The notes under the pieces are model-generated. The model searched no databases. It worked only from the letters and a program-made list of their open reading frames with translations, and was not told the DNA's origin. A stretch of 64,000 bases of DNA from Eledone cirrhosa (Eukaryota): assembly GCA_964016885.1 (NCBI GenBank), contig OZ024741.1:380680001-380744000 (forward strand). The letters run 5' to 3'. Of the stretch, positions 38,836-49,655 are shown piece after piece (the first letter of the stretch is position 1; every line of letters begins with the position of its first letter). A program made the position numbers and the translations under genes.

Positions 38836-39280
38836 ATTCACCCTCCAAAAGCGAAGGCATACAAAGAGGGGTAAAGGCAGCAAGGAAACTTGCAGCAACA
38901 CCACCACAAACACCAACAACGCAAACACAACAAGACACACACACCAAACAGCAACAAGAAGAAAATAGCAACAAAATCACCCCTCCCGCCAAAAAGTGCA
39001 CAGCCATAAACATGGCAAAAAAAAAACTCACACAATATATAATGCAGCACACAGACATCACAGAAAAAAACTACTACACCCCACCAACACCAAGAACTCT
39101 CCCGACAAACATAAGCATCATCGAAAGAAGAAAACGGCAACAAAATCCCCCCTCCCCCAAAAAGTACACAGCCAAAAACATAGCAAAAAAAGAACTCATA
39201 AAATATATAAAGCAACACACAGACATCACGGAAAAAAACTACTACACCCCACCAACACCTCTCCCGACAAACATAAGCGA

Positions 39281-39696
39281 TGTAGTGACCTACATTCCGC
39301 GGCTCACATACATTCTCTGTGCGGGATTTGGCTCAGCTCAGCCAATCAGCGCCAGTAGAAGAGGATGTATCCCTACGCGTTCTGAGGGAGAAATAGCCCG
39401 CAAAGATTTGAGGACGCTATCTCTTCCAGCTAGGCCGTGCTAAGGTAAACACCACTTGTTCTTTTGCTCCGTAAGCACAAACAATATGTAACGACAAAAC
39501 ATTACCTACGAGCCTGGCCAAACGCCTTCAGCCAGTTGCCCGTATTTTCTCTTGTAATCTTAATTGATTTGTTTTATTTCTCTTGGCATGCCAACTCAAC
39601 CTCTGTTAATAAATAATGTAAAACTAAGCTGAAGTCGTTGTTGATATTCCTATCACATCTTTCTGCCAAACCTGGTTCCTCGTGGCAACCTTACCA
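39281..39696 (+). mobile_element. Putative solo LTR-like insert within ORF1 of copy H
   Basis: Abrupt compositional change. TG...CA ends (tgtagtg...ttacca), CCAAT at ~39342 and AATAAA at ~39608. No counterpart in copy B, and no TSD recognised. Confidence 0.45.
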
Positions 39697-39974
39697 ACTT
39701 CTAAATACTTCTCCGCTAAATTGGTGACTTATATTCAACAAAGAGAAACATTCTTTTCCTTTAGCATCATCGAAATCTCAATAGAACAGTACAAACCCTT
39801 AAAACAAAAATTCCCCAACACAGTTGGAGACTTCAGAGGGACGGTTACCAAGAGGATATACACCGACATCCTCTTGGAAACACCCATGACCAGCGAAAGG
39901 GACGGTTCTACTGTCCCTTCACCACACGAACAAGGTAAGTGACCCTTTCTCATTTGCCCCATTTCTCATCCAAT

Positions 39975-42900
39975 ATGGCTGTACTCAGAATAGGCAGTAT
40001 AAATGCACGTGGCCTGGGGTCATCTTGGAAGCAGGGTCACCTGCTCAATGACCTCAGGTCACTAAACATAGATGTGGTGGCCATCAGTGAAACCAGAATC
40101 TCCGAGGCACGGGCCTTCGCACCGATCTTCGGCGGCTACGATGTATACGCATCTCCCAGCCGTCCAGGATCGAGGGGAGGGTTGGATCTCGCAAGGCTAT
40201 CTTCTTGGACCCAGAAGGTAAGTCGGTGGTGCTGGACGTGACCGGCAGTGAAGGCAATGCTTTCAGGCTAGTAGCCGTCTATGCCCCAATGGGGGCAGGA
40301 TGGCCAGATTTCTTCAGACGTCTAGAGACTTTTCTTGGAACGTCCCGCTCTTTAGTGTTAGTGGGCGACTGGAACGGTATCTTGGATGCACGCTGGGATC
40401 ATGTGGGGCTAGTGGATAGGGGAGGAGGGTGCAAGAGCCTCACCAACCTGCTCAGACGTTTTGAACTGTCTGACAGGTATCGACTGGATCACCCGAATGT
40501 GCCAATGTGGACATGGACAAAACGCATCGGGTCATCCAGATCGTATCTAGATAGGGTATTCTGCAGGGAACTAGATAAGGCTAGTATAAGGTGTCAACAA
40601 TTTAAAATAGTCGACTACACAGACCACAAATTTGTGATCTGTGAGATCAACATAGACAGACTTCATAGACAAGGGCCTGGTTACTGGAAGCTGAACGCGA
40701 CTTTCCCAGCGTGCAAGGCCTACAGAGACCGGATTAGCGTATTAGTTAAGCGGTCGTCAACAACAGGTGTGGTTCACCCTGAAAAGGGCAATTAAAGTAG
40801 AGTCGATTAGGTTTAGCAAAGGAGTAGTGATAGAGGAAAATAGAGTAGAGGGAGAGCTAGTCAGAAAGCTAGAAGAAGCGTTTAGGACAGGCATCGCAAC
40901 CGACGTGCTTGCGGCCAGATTGGCACTCGACCAATTCTTCAACGCAAAACACGGAGGCTGCGTTGTCAGAGCTAGAGCGCGTGCTCTGAAACACGAGGGG
41001 ACAAAAGCCGTCCAATGGGCCCAGGTGGCCGAGGTGTGACGTGGCAACAAAGCCACAATTCGGTCTTTGCCTGACCAAAACGGGTGCGTGATGCTCGAAC
41101 CCAAGCGGCACTTGGTTGAACTGTTCGGGAGTGGTGGTGGCCCGGATCGGGGCATGGACTTCAGTGCATACCTCGACGACCGCAGCACAGTGTTGCAAAG
41201 AGCCAATAACAGCCGGTCAAATACGGGAAGCGATGGCTAAGTGCACAAGAGGTAAATCGCCAGGTTTAGATGGTCTGCCCTACGAGCTTTATGCATTTAT
41301 GCCAGACTTGTTCGGTGACCTCTTGGCAGACGTCTACTGCAACTGGCATCAGAACGAGAGCATTCCCAGTTTTGTGAGCTGAGAAAAGACCCGAACAAGG
41401 GAGATGTTATTGATAATTTCAGGCCCATAACGCTGCTAAACGCAGAGTTCAAGATTTTGGCCAAGGTGTTAGCAACGAGGTTGGCGCTTGTCGTCAGGGG
41501 TCTATGGGAGAGGCGCAGACATGCGCCATTCCGGACAGAGCCATACACGACAACCTCCACCTCATGCGATACATCATAGAGAGGGTGGTTAAGGAACCTG
41601 GCAAGGGTGGGGCCCTGATCAACTTGGATCAATCCAAAGCATTCGATAGGGTCGACCATCGGTACCTGGCGGCGGTTCTCGAGGCAGCCGGTTTCGGGCC
41701 CGTTTTCAGGCGTTGGATCGCAGCAATGTACAGCGACATCTGCTCAGTTGTGAGGGTGAACGGTCACCTGTCGCAGCCGTTCAGAATCATGCGCTCAGTC
41801 CACCAGGGTTGTCCCCTCTCGTCCCTCTTGTACGTATTGGCTCTCGAGCCATTACTGCACAAACTGGGGGTGATGAGGGGCGTCCCACACGAACTAGGAT
41901 GTGGGAAATCCGAGTCGGCTTACGCTGACGATGTCACCGTGGTGGTGTCGAGCACCAGACACCTCCAGATGCTCGGCACCGCTCTCAAGGAATACGAAGC
42001 GGTGACAGGAGCAAAGATAAACCAGGAAAAGTCGGTGGGCTTGCAGCTAGGCACCTGGAGAGGCAAGTCTATGCCGTCCAACAGCGTCGTGGGGCGTTGG
42101 ACGGACAGACTGGTTAAATTGCTTGGGATTTGGTTTGGACCGGACCTCCAGATGGAGAAAAACTGGAACGAGGTGACGAGCAGGGTGGCCTCCCTCACCC
42201 TGAAATGGGCGGAGAGGAAGCTGTCCCTGAAAGGCCGGGCGGAAGTGGCGAATGCGTACATCGCATCCGTCATCTGCTACCACCTCACCGTCGTCCCTTG
42301 CTCCAGCCCAACTATCACCAAAATGGAGCGCCTCCTCTTCCACTTTTTGTGGAAGGGACGCGCTCCCATGGCCAGACAATCCCTCTGCTGTCAACACCCG
42401 TTGCGTGGAGGACTGGGCATGCCATGGCTGATGATGCGCAAACATGCGCTGAGGCTGCGACATCTCTGGTGCTTCCTTGATGGTGAACGGGTGTGGTCGC
42501 CGTTCGCCAGGCATGTTTTCCCCCAGCTCGTCTCCTTGACGGAGCTGCAGTCCTGGGTCAAGCGAAGACCGAGGGATAGCGCTTGGAAACTGGAATGTCT
42601 CCAGGCACTCACTACCCTCTCCCAGTTGGGCACCAGTATCGGTGGAACATCCACCTCGGCGTTCTATAGAGGACTAGTGGAGGGGAAGAGCGACGACATT
42701 CTCGGGGAGATCCTGGGCGTCGAAGAAGATCAGCTGTTTGCTCTCTTCCGGAGAACTTTCAGCCCGGGGCCTATGGATAACTTCCCAAAATCCCTGGCCT
42801 GGCAGTGCTACCGGGGAGCGCTGCCGGTTCGAGATAAGCTCTACAGGCACGGAAGTGCCGTCAGCCGAGCCTGTCCGAGATGCGCGCATAGCGACGACAC

Positions 42901-43291
42901 CGTTGTGCACGCACTCGTTCAGTGCCCGAGCATTACTGACTTGTGGAGGAGCTATGTCGAACAGTTGCTGTCGCGTGTGGGACTGATCCGGTTGTCGACT
43001 GAGTCCATTGTGCAGATGGTCTCGTTGTCTTCCTTCGAGGAGGAAGGGCAGGCGGTTTTCATCTGCCTGGTGGCCATGGCTAAAGAGATGGTGTGGTGGA
43101 CAAGGTTAAAAGGATTAAAGACAAACACTTTCCTCTTCGGCGAATCCCTGATTAACTTTTTCAAATTTCACTTGAAGAGGAAAATCAGGGTGGAGAGGCA
43201 AGTGCTGCTTTCTAGCAAGTTTGTTGAAAGGTGGGTGAATGTAGCGAGAATGGTCCGAGTGAACGGGACCGCTCTGAATATACGTCTGTAG
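39975..43291 (+). pseudogene. Tx1-like ORF2 (APE + RT + zinc motif). 5' half frameshifted; last 595 codons open
   Basis: MAVLRIGSINARGL...AISET; VGDWN; YLDRVF; TDHK; LDQSKAFDRVDH; HQGCPLS; AYADD; CPRC...HALVQC. Confidence 0.93.
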
Positions 43292-43618
43292 TTTGAGAGA
43301 TGGAAAAATTGAGAGAGTGCGCTTGCCCTGGTAGTCAGGGTGGCCGTGGTCTTTTGTGTGGTTTTCGCCACGAGTAACCCTCGGAGGTTTCCCCCCTATT
43401 GGGGAATTTTTCATTGTTTCAATTTTCATTTTATTGTTTATATATATATATGTTTTATGTCTTTTTTTTCTTTTCTTATATAAATAATAAAAATATTTAC
43501 ACGCACAAACCCACATCGTACCGTCCTGTTCCGTCTGTGATGTTTTTCTTGATGTCAGCCCTTGTGGCCAATAAAGAAATCATTATTATTATTATCATTA
43601 TTATTATTATCATTATTA

Positions 43619-43830
43619 GTGGATTGGCAGTGTCAGTAGAGCATCAGACAACATGCTCTACTGACATTGCCAATGGCCCTTTACGTTCTGTGTTCAAATC
43701 ATGCTGAGGATAGCTTTGTCTTTCATTCTTACAGGGTCAATTATATAAAGTACCAGCAATGCACTGGTGTCAATTTAATCAACTTTCCCCTACTATAAAA
43801 TTACTGGCCTTGCACCTAAATCAGAAACCA
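43619..43830 (+). mobile_element. ATT-SINE (long subtype) with (ACT)n-like tail
   Basis: SINE consensus immediately after the tail of copy H. Confidence 0.82.
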
Positions 43831-44959
43831 TTACTACTACTACTACTACTTACTTACTTATACATGCAACAATGCAAATATCTAGATTCGTTGATCAGAG
43901 GTAGCAATTAGTGGGTGATCATAATTATTTATTTCTTTGATGTGAGGAAACAGTTGATTATGTTAACCCCAGTACACAACTGGTACTTACATCTCAATTC
44001 TGGAAGAATGCAAAGCAATGTTGATATTAGCATGATTTTAAGTCTGAATATAAAGAGCCACAACTAAATATCAGAAGGCATTTTGTCAGTGGCGCTATCA
44101 ATTCTTCTAAGCCAGTACTCTCAGACAGAATTCTTTTGTCATCTAAGATATCTAGATGAAATAATACAATTGATAAAGTACTAACTGGTGGTTTACTGTT
44201 TTCATTTATGTTCCCTTTGTTATACACATTGTTATTAAGATCGTTCATTATTGTTAGTCATTGTGTTGATTCTAAGGGAAAGACACAGCTAGCTTTTGCA
44301 AAGATTCAAACTTGTATAAAAATGTAAATGTAATATTCTAAGCCCTGTGTTATTTGCCAATTGTCAAATATATTTGATTTATATTTATATGTACGTGATT
44401 TTATATAAAGTGACATCAAAGAGAAATGTTCTTGATTTGTTGAATAGAGCAATCCTTTATATTTACAATGATTATTCTCCTTTAAAGATAAATAATTAAG
44501 TCCTGAAATTAATCCTGCTTCAGTAAGCATACTTTGAATATTGAGAAAGCAACAGTCTTCTTCATGTAAACATGGAAAATGGACATTAAACTCCAAATAT
44601 ATACTCATAAATTTTTATTTTGGCTCTGAATGCTTTGACTGATTTATAACTGTCATAACATATGGAATGCATTCTATATTTGCTGTATGAAATAGAAACA
44701 AACAGAAAATGACATTCGATTAAATGAATTTGACAATATAGGTTGCAGAGAGAATATTTTTCCTTTGCAACTTGCAATACATCATAATGGCTGTCCATGG
44801 CATCTTGCCAATCTCTTAGTTAAGGTCAACATGGTGTAATGAATAGAGTGGTGAAGTTTAGACAGGTGAAAAAGGTTCAATCCCAGCTGTCAACAGAGAC
44901 ATTACATTACTCTTGAGATTTCTACTGTATTACATATATTAGACAGAGTTTAAGAGCAT

Positions 44960-45310
44960 ATAGGCGGTCTGGTGTATAGTAGACAGTTCTTACATTACAT
45001 TTACTATTAAAGTTTTCAGGTAGGTCAAAGGCATACCAATGGATGGGAACTGTAACTCACTGTTGGTGGATTTATATTTATCCTCCTATGAGTTTGACTA
45101 TCTAGGGGTTAAAGGAAGCTTAAGAAAATAGGCCTTATTAGGCAGTTGGGTGGATGTTGTAAGTATATTGATGATACATTTGTTTCTAATTATAGGCATT
45201 TCAGGGATATTTGTTGATTTAACTCAAAGTAGTCCATAAAGTTTCCATATCTGGGAAGTACTATTAACCAATATTGCACATTAGATAATGAAATAGACTC
45301 GTAATTAAAA
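44960..45310 (+). pseudogene. Penelope-like element reverse transcriptase relic
   Basis: IVDSSYITFTIKVFR*VKGIPMDGNCNSLLVDLYLSSYEFDY (~44976-45100), then CKYIDDTFVSN (45158-45190). These match the PLE motifs 'QxxGIPMGxxxSPLLADLYL' and 'RYIDD'. Confidence 0.75.
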
Positions 45311-45439
45311 ACAAAAGCAACTGATTCTTGTTCAAGTCTTAGGATACATCTTTGGAGTTGGACTGGAATTAGAAAAGAGAGAAAATTTGCAATATACAAT
45401 GTATGTGTTCCGTCTATTCTCTTGTATTTTTGTGAGAAC

Positions 45440-46175
45440 TAGGTTGTCTATTGCAGGCACATTAAACTACCGGGTTCACTGGATTATACACAAAACAAAC
45501 ACTGAAATATTACAAAATGTAGGTGCAGTCAGCATTGAAGCTAACACCCACAAGCACCAGTTCTGATGGGTATGTTGAATTGTTAGATCTGACAACAGAA
45601 GAATCCCAAAGCAAAACCTTTATGGCAAGTTAATAACTGGTGCAAGATCACAACACAAACTAAAACTGCAATCATATATTGTGTGAAAGATTCCTTAACA
45701 CATACAAAATTGATCATTCTCATTGGAAATGGTGGGACATGACATTAGAAAGAAACAAATAGTGCACCTTTATATCTAATCGTGTAAGACTTCTTCAGGA
45801 GTCAGCTACAGGGTGGTCTAGCATTAAGCATACAGTGAAGAAAAACCAACATGTGGAGACCTCTGTACATCAATTTGTATACAATGTATATGGACAAATA
45901 TGCCTGTCAAAAGCTGACTATACAAGTTACCTATGTAAGCATACAGAAATGTCATGGATCAGATTTGACTAATTCCTTGAAACCACTTTGACATTTGTTA
46001 CATGTGGCAAAAAATGTTTATACATATCAGGATGTATAATGTATTCAAAAATATATAATCATTGTCTGGATCAGTCTAAAGAGCTGAATGATGGAAGGAG
46101 TAAATTTCAATGCTTTTATGCAATAAAATATGCAAGTCACTAGCAGGGTTTAAAAGCCACTATAGGGCTCCCAAA
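45440..46175 (+). mobile_element. Decayed 3' end of an RTE/BovB-like LINE with C-terminal C2H2-like fingers
   Basis: TNTEILQNVGAVSIEA...RIPK..LYGKL..G.R....KL, followed by finger-like segments (see findings). Confidence 0.6.
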
Positions 46176-46814
46176 CACTGATGTAGACATAATACTTGTT
46201 GGTGATAGTATTACTTATCTATTGAGTTGACAGCCATTATATAAGTATGTGTAAAACCTGCATGGTCGGGTCATTGGTGACTAAGGATGAAAAACAACAC
46301 CTGTCATAGGGCAGAGGAAATCAGGAGAGTCAACGGACATCCAATAAAGATTTTTGTTTGTTATTTTTCTGTGGAGCGATAGACTCCTAGTCTTCATTAA
46401 GACATTTCTCTAGAAGATCATTCTGATATAAAACCTATGTCTTTGTTTGCAACCAATGATGTAGACCAGTTATACTTTTTGGGTAAATGCATTCAATGTT
46501 CAGAGAGTGAGATTGGTCCCATGCAAAGCCTTTCCTCACTTCAGAAAGCTTCAAATGCAGGCATTACTTGATATGTGACATTTCTTTGGAATGCATAGCA
46601 TTGTTGGACATAGGCAAGTCACTAGTAGGACTATAAAGCTACGTCCATGATGTCCATGCGTAAGTATCAAGCGATGGCATTGCTCAAAATGGAGTTGCAG
46701 ACATCATGTATGTATGTATGCATTTATAAGATTTGTAACAAATAGATAGTATCAGCAATGCAAACAACAATGGAAACACTTTCCTTGGTCAAATCTCATG
46801 ATTGTCTCATTTAC

Positions 46815-46819
<5 letters not shown>

Positions 46820-46862
<43 letters not shown>

Positions 46863-46870
46863 GATATATA
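46820..46870. repeat. (TA)n microsatellite
   Basis: Seen directly. Forms the left flank of the RTE element. Confidence 0.9.
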
Positions 46871-46871
46871 T

Positions 46872-49371
46872 TTGGTGATGCAAGTACACTAACCATTTAC
46901 AACACTAACTTCCAGAAACCTGCCAACCACCTAATAACCTACAAATCAGGCGACTACATAGGCCAGATTGACTTGTTACTAATTAGGCAGCGGGACAGGC
47001 AGATTGTGTCAAATACCAAGGCATACCCTGGGGAAGAATGTACCCCAGAGCATAGGTTAGTCATTAGTGATATCCCAGGAAGCAAGAGACGGAATGAGAC
47101 ATACAGGAAGGTGTGGAGAGCTAAAAGACCTTTCACTAAATACAAATTTAGGAAAGCCCTTCAAGATGTGTATGACAAAAAAGAAGACGATTTAGAGTCG
47201 TATGACAGATGATAACTGGAATTTCTTATGTGACAACTTACTGCAGGCTACTAATGAAACGTGTGGCTGGAGCAGAGCTCCAACCAGACAGAGAGTCACC
47301 TGGTGGTGGAACAGCACGGAAGATAGGGCCATAAGGGACAAAAGACTAGCATGGAAGGCTTGGAAAAAGGGTGGGAGATGGGAAGATATACAGCCACTAA
47401 GAGAGAAGCTAGACGTCAGATGTACTTAGCACACAGGGAGGCTGAGAGTAGGAGGTTTGCCAATGTTCTGCGATGGGAAGATCAGAGACGTGCGGTGTTC
47501 CACATTGCAAGGCAGTGTGTCAATGCAAATCAGGATGTTGTTGGAGATAAATGTGTCCGAAATGATTCCGATGTACTTAGTGTCATGAATGATCAGAAAA
47601 AGGAGGCCTAGAAATTTCATTATGAGAGACTGATGAATGTGGAGAACGAATGGGAGAGAGAGAAATTACCCTCAATAGATCCGACAGAGGGACCAGCTAT
47701 TGAGATTGACGAATATAAGGTCCAAGAGGCGATTAAGGAAATGAAAAATAGTAAGGCCACTGGACCGTCAGGGATAGTTGCTTGATGCTGAAGGCATCAG
47801 GGGACGTAGGCACTAAACTGGTTGCACGCATCATCATCAGGCTATATATGGCGGTGTCATACCCAAAGACTGGTGCAGCAGTATTCTCATAAATTGCTAT
47901 AAAGGTAAAGGGGATGCTCTGGAGAGGAGAAATTATAGGGGTATAAAACTGATGGATCAGAAAGGATAGTAGCACAACTAATTAGAGAAAGGGTCAAACT
48001 AGATGAGATGCAGTTTGGTTTTGTGCCTGGGAAAATTATAACAGATGCCCTCTTCTTGGTGAGACAATTACAAGAGAGGTTCTTAGAGAAGAATAAGCCA
48101 CTATACTTAGCCTTTATTGACCTAGAGAAGGCCTTTGATAGGGTACCCCGATCTGTCATCTTGAGGTCCCTAAGGAAACTAGGTGTTGAGGAATGGCTTG
48201 TGAGGACAGTGCAAACTTTGTACAGAGGTGCTGTCAGTAAAGTGAGTGTAGGAATGGAGTTTAGTGGGGAATTCCAGATACAAGTAGGATTTCATCAAGG
48301 TCCTCAGCCCGCTCTTGTTCATTATAGTCCTCCAAGCCATAACAGAGGAGTTTAAGACTGGCTGTCCATGGGAACTTCTCTATGCTGACGATCTGGTTCT
48401 TATAACAGAATCAGTAGAGGAGCTAGAGAAGAAATTCTGGCTATGGAAACAGCAGTTGGAATCAAGAGGACTGAGAGTGAACCTAGCTAAGATAAAAGTG
48501 TTGATGAGTAGAAAAGAGGACAAAACTCTGATTCCATCAGGGAAATGGCCATGTTCAATATGCAGAAAAGGAACTGGCATAAATTCTATAAAATGCAAAC
48601 AATGCAGATCCTGGGTACACAAGAGATGTAGTGGGATAGCAGGCAAACTAACAGGTAGGGAGAAATACGTATGCAGTAGATATACAGGGAAATTAGACAG
48701 TAGAAGTCACATTGATAGACACATTTTTCAAATGCAGGTGGGTGCTATAGAAGTGGTTGATAGCTTCCGGTATCTAGGAGATCAGATTAGCATGGGAGAG
48801 GGGGTGTTCCAAGGCCATAGTATCTAGAATAAGGACGGGTCGGAAGAAGTTTAGGGAGCTGCTTCCTCTGCTGACGAAGAAGGGTTTCTCCCTGCGTACG
48901 AAAGGCCGGTTATATGTTGCCTGTGTGAGGAACGCGATGCTGCTTGGTAGTGAGACCTGGGCAGCAACTGCAGAGGATATGCAACGGCTGGAGAGAAATG
49001 AGGCAAACATGCTCCGTTGGATGTGCAGTGTCAATGTGCATGAATGTGTTGTGAGAGAAACTGTGTCTGAGAGGGATAGATTGTAGTGTGCGAGAGAGGA
49101 GACTGCAATGGTATGGCCATGTGATGCACATGGAGGATGGCCGATGAGTGAAGAAGTGCCAGGATATGCCAGTTGAAGGAAAACGTGGTAGAGGTAGACC
49201 ACAAAAAATATGGGCGGAGGTGGTGAGAGCCGACCTCAGATTGCTGAACATCACGGTGGAGATGACGAAGGACCGTGACAAGTGAAGAGATATTGTGCTG
49301 AATAGGACCTGTCCCACCCTTGCAAACAGGGAAAAGTGGATGCAAAATGATGATGATGAGGATGATGATGA
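46872..49371 (+). mobile_element. 5'-truncated RTE-clade LINE (end of APE, RT with internal PHD-like finger), disrupted
   Basis: TNFQKPANHLITYKSG...QID...EHRLV; MQFGFVPG; FIDLEKAFDRVPR; ELLYADDLVL; WPCSICRKG...CKQCRSWVHKRC...C; FRYLGD. (GAT)n tail, with (TA)n on both sides. Confidence 0.92.
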
Positions 49372-49373
49372 TA

Positions 49374-49408
<35 letters not shown>

Positions 49409-49414
<6 letters not shown>

Positions 49415-49575
49415 TATGAGTTTCAGAAGATCCCGTTAAGGGTGAAAGCAGCGATTCTTTGCTTAAACTTTAATCTGTTATTTTAATAAATATTTGCTCT
49501 ACGGTTCTTATATATTTGATATATATTTTCCTTATCGAGCCCTCTTTGGATTTTAGTCTTCAATTTTATTATTAT

Positions 49576-49578
<3 letters not shown>
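49409..49578 (+). mobile_element. Short (TA)n-flanked repeat with a hammerhead-like motif (probable Penelope pseudo-LTR relic)
   Basis: 3' part (cgagccctctttg.attttagtcttca...ttattattattacta) recurs at ~51711-51757, also between TA tracts. Confidence 0.55.
49418..49470 (+). ncRNA. Type I hammerhead-ribozyme-like motif with U4-to-A core change
   Basis: gagttt-CAGAAGA-t ccc gttaa ggg t-GAAA-gca...tgc-tt-aaactt. Stems I (6 bp), II (3 bp) and III (4-5 bp) all pair. Confidence 0.5.

Positions 49579-49652
<74 letters not shown>
49579..49652. repeat. (TA)n microsatellite
   Basis: Seen directly. Confidence 0.95.

Positions 49653-49655
<3 letters not shown>

Larger units (their letters stand above)
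37070..43581 (+). mobile_element. Full-length Tx1/L1-clade LINE (copy H, third subfamily)
   Basis: 5' UTR, ORF1, ORF2 and 3' UTR ending gcccttgtggccaataaagaaatc(att)n. Confidence 0.94.

Noticed and set aside
41504-43291. Domesticated or still-active RT gene
   Set aside because: The 595-aa open frame lacks the RT N-terminus, and upstream ORF2 has stops, deletions and frameshifts. It is best explained as a relatively young dead copy.
12170-43581. Prokaryotic RT systems (retron, DGR, group II intron, CRISPR-RT)
   Set aside because: All RTs are flanked by APE or RLE domains and microsatellite tails typical of eukaryotic non-LTR elements. No repeat-spacer array or operon structure is present.
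44027-44798. Three consecutive minus-strand ORFs that could be host exons or a pseudogene
   Set aside because: No recognisable motif or convincing splice structure. A homology search would be needed.
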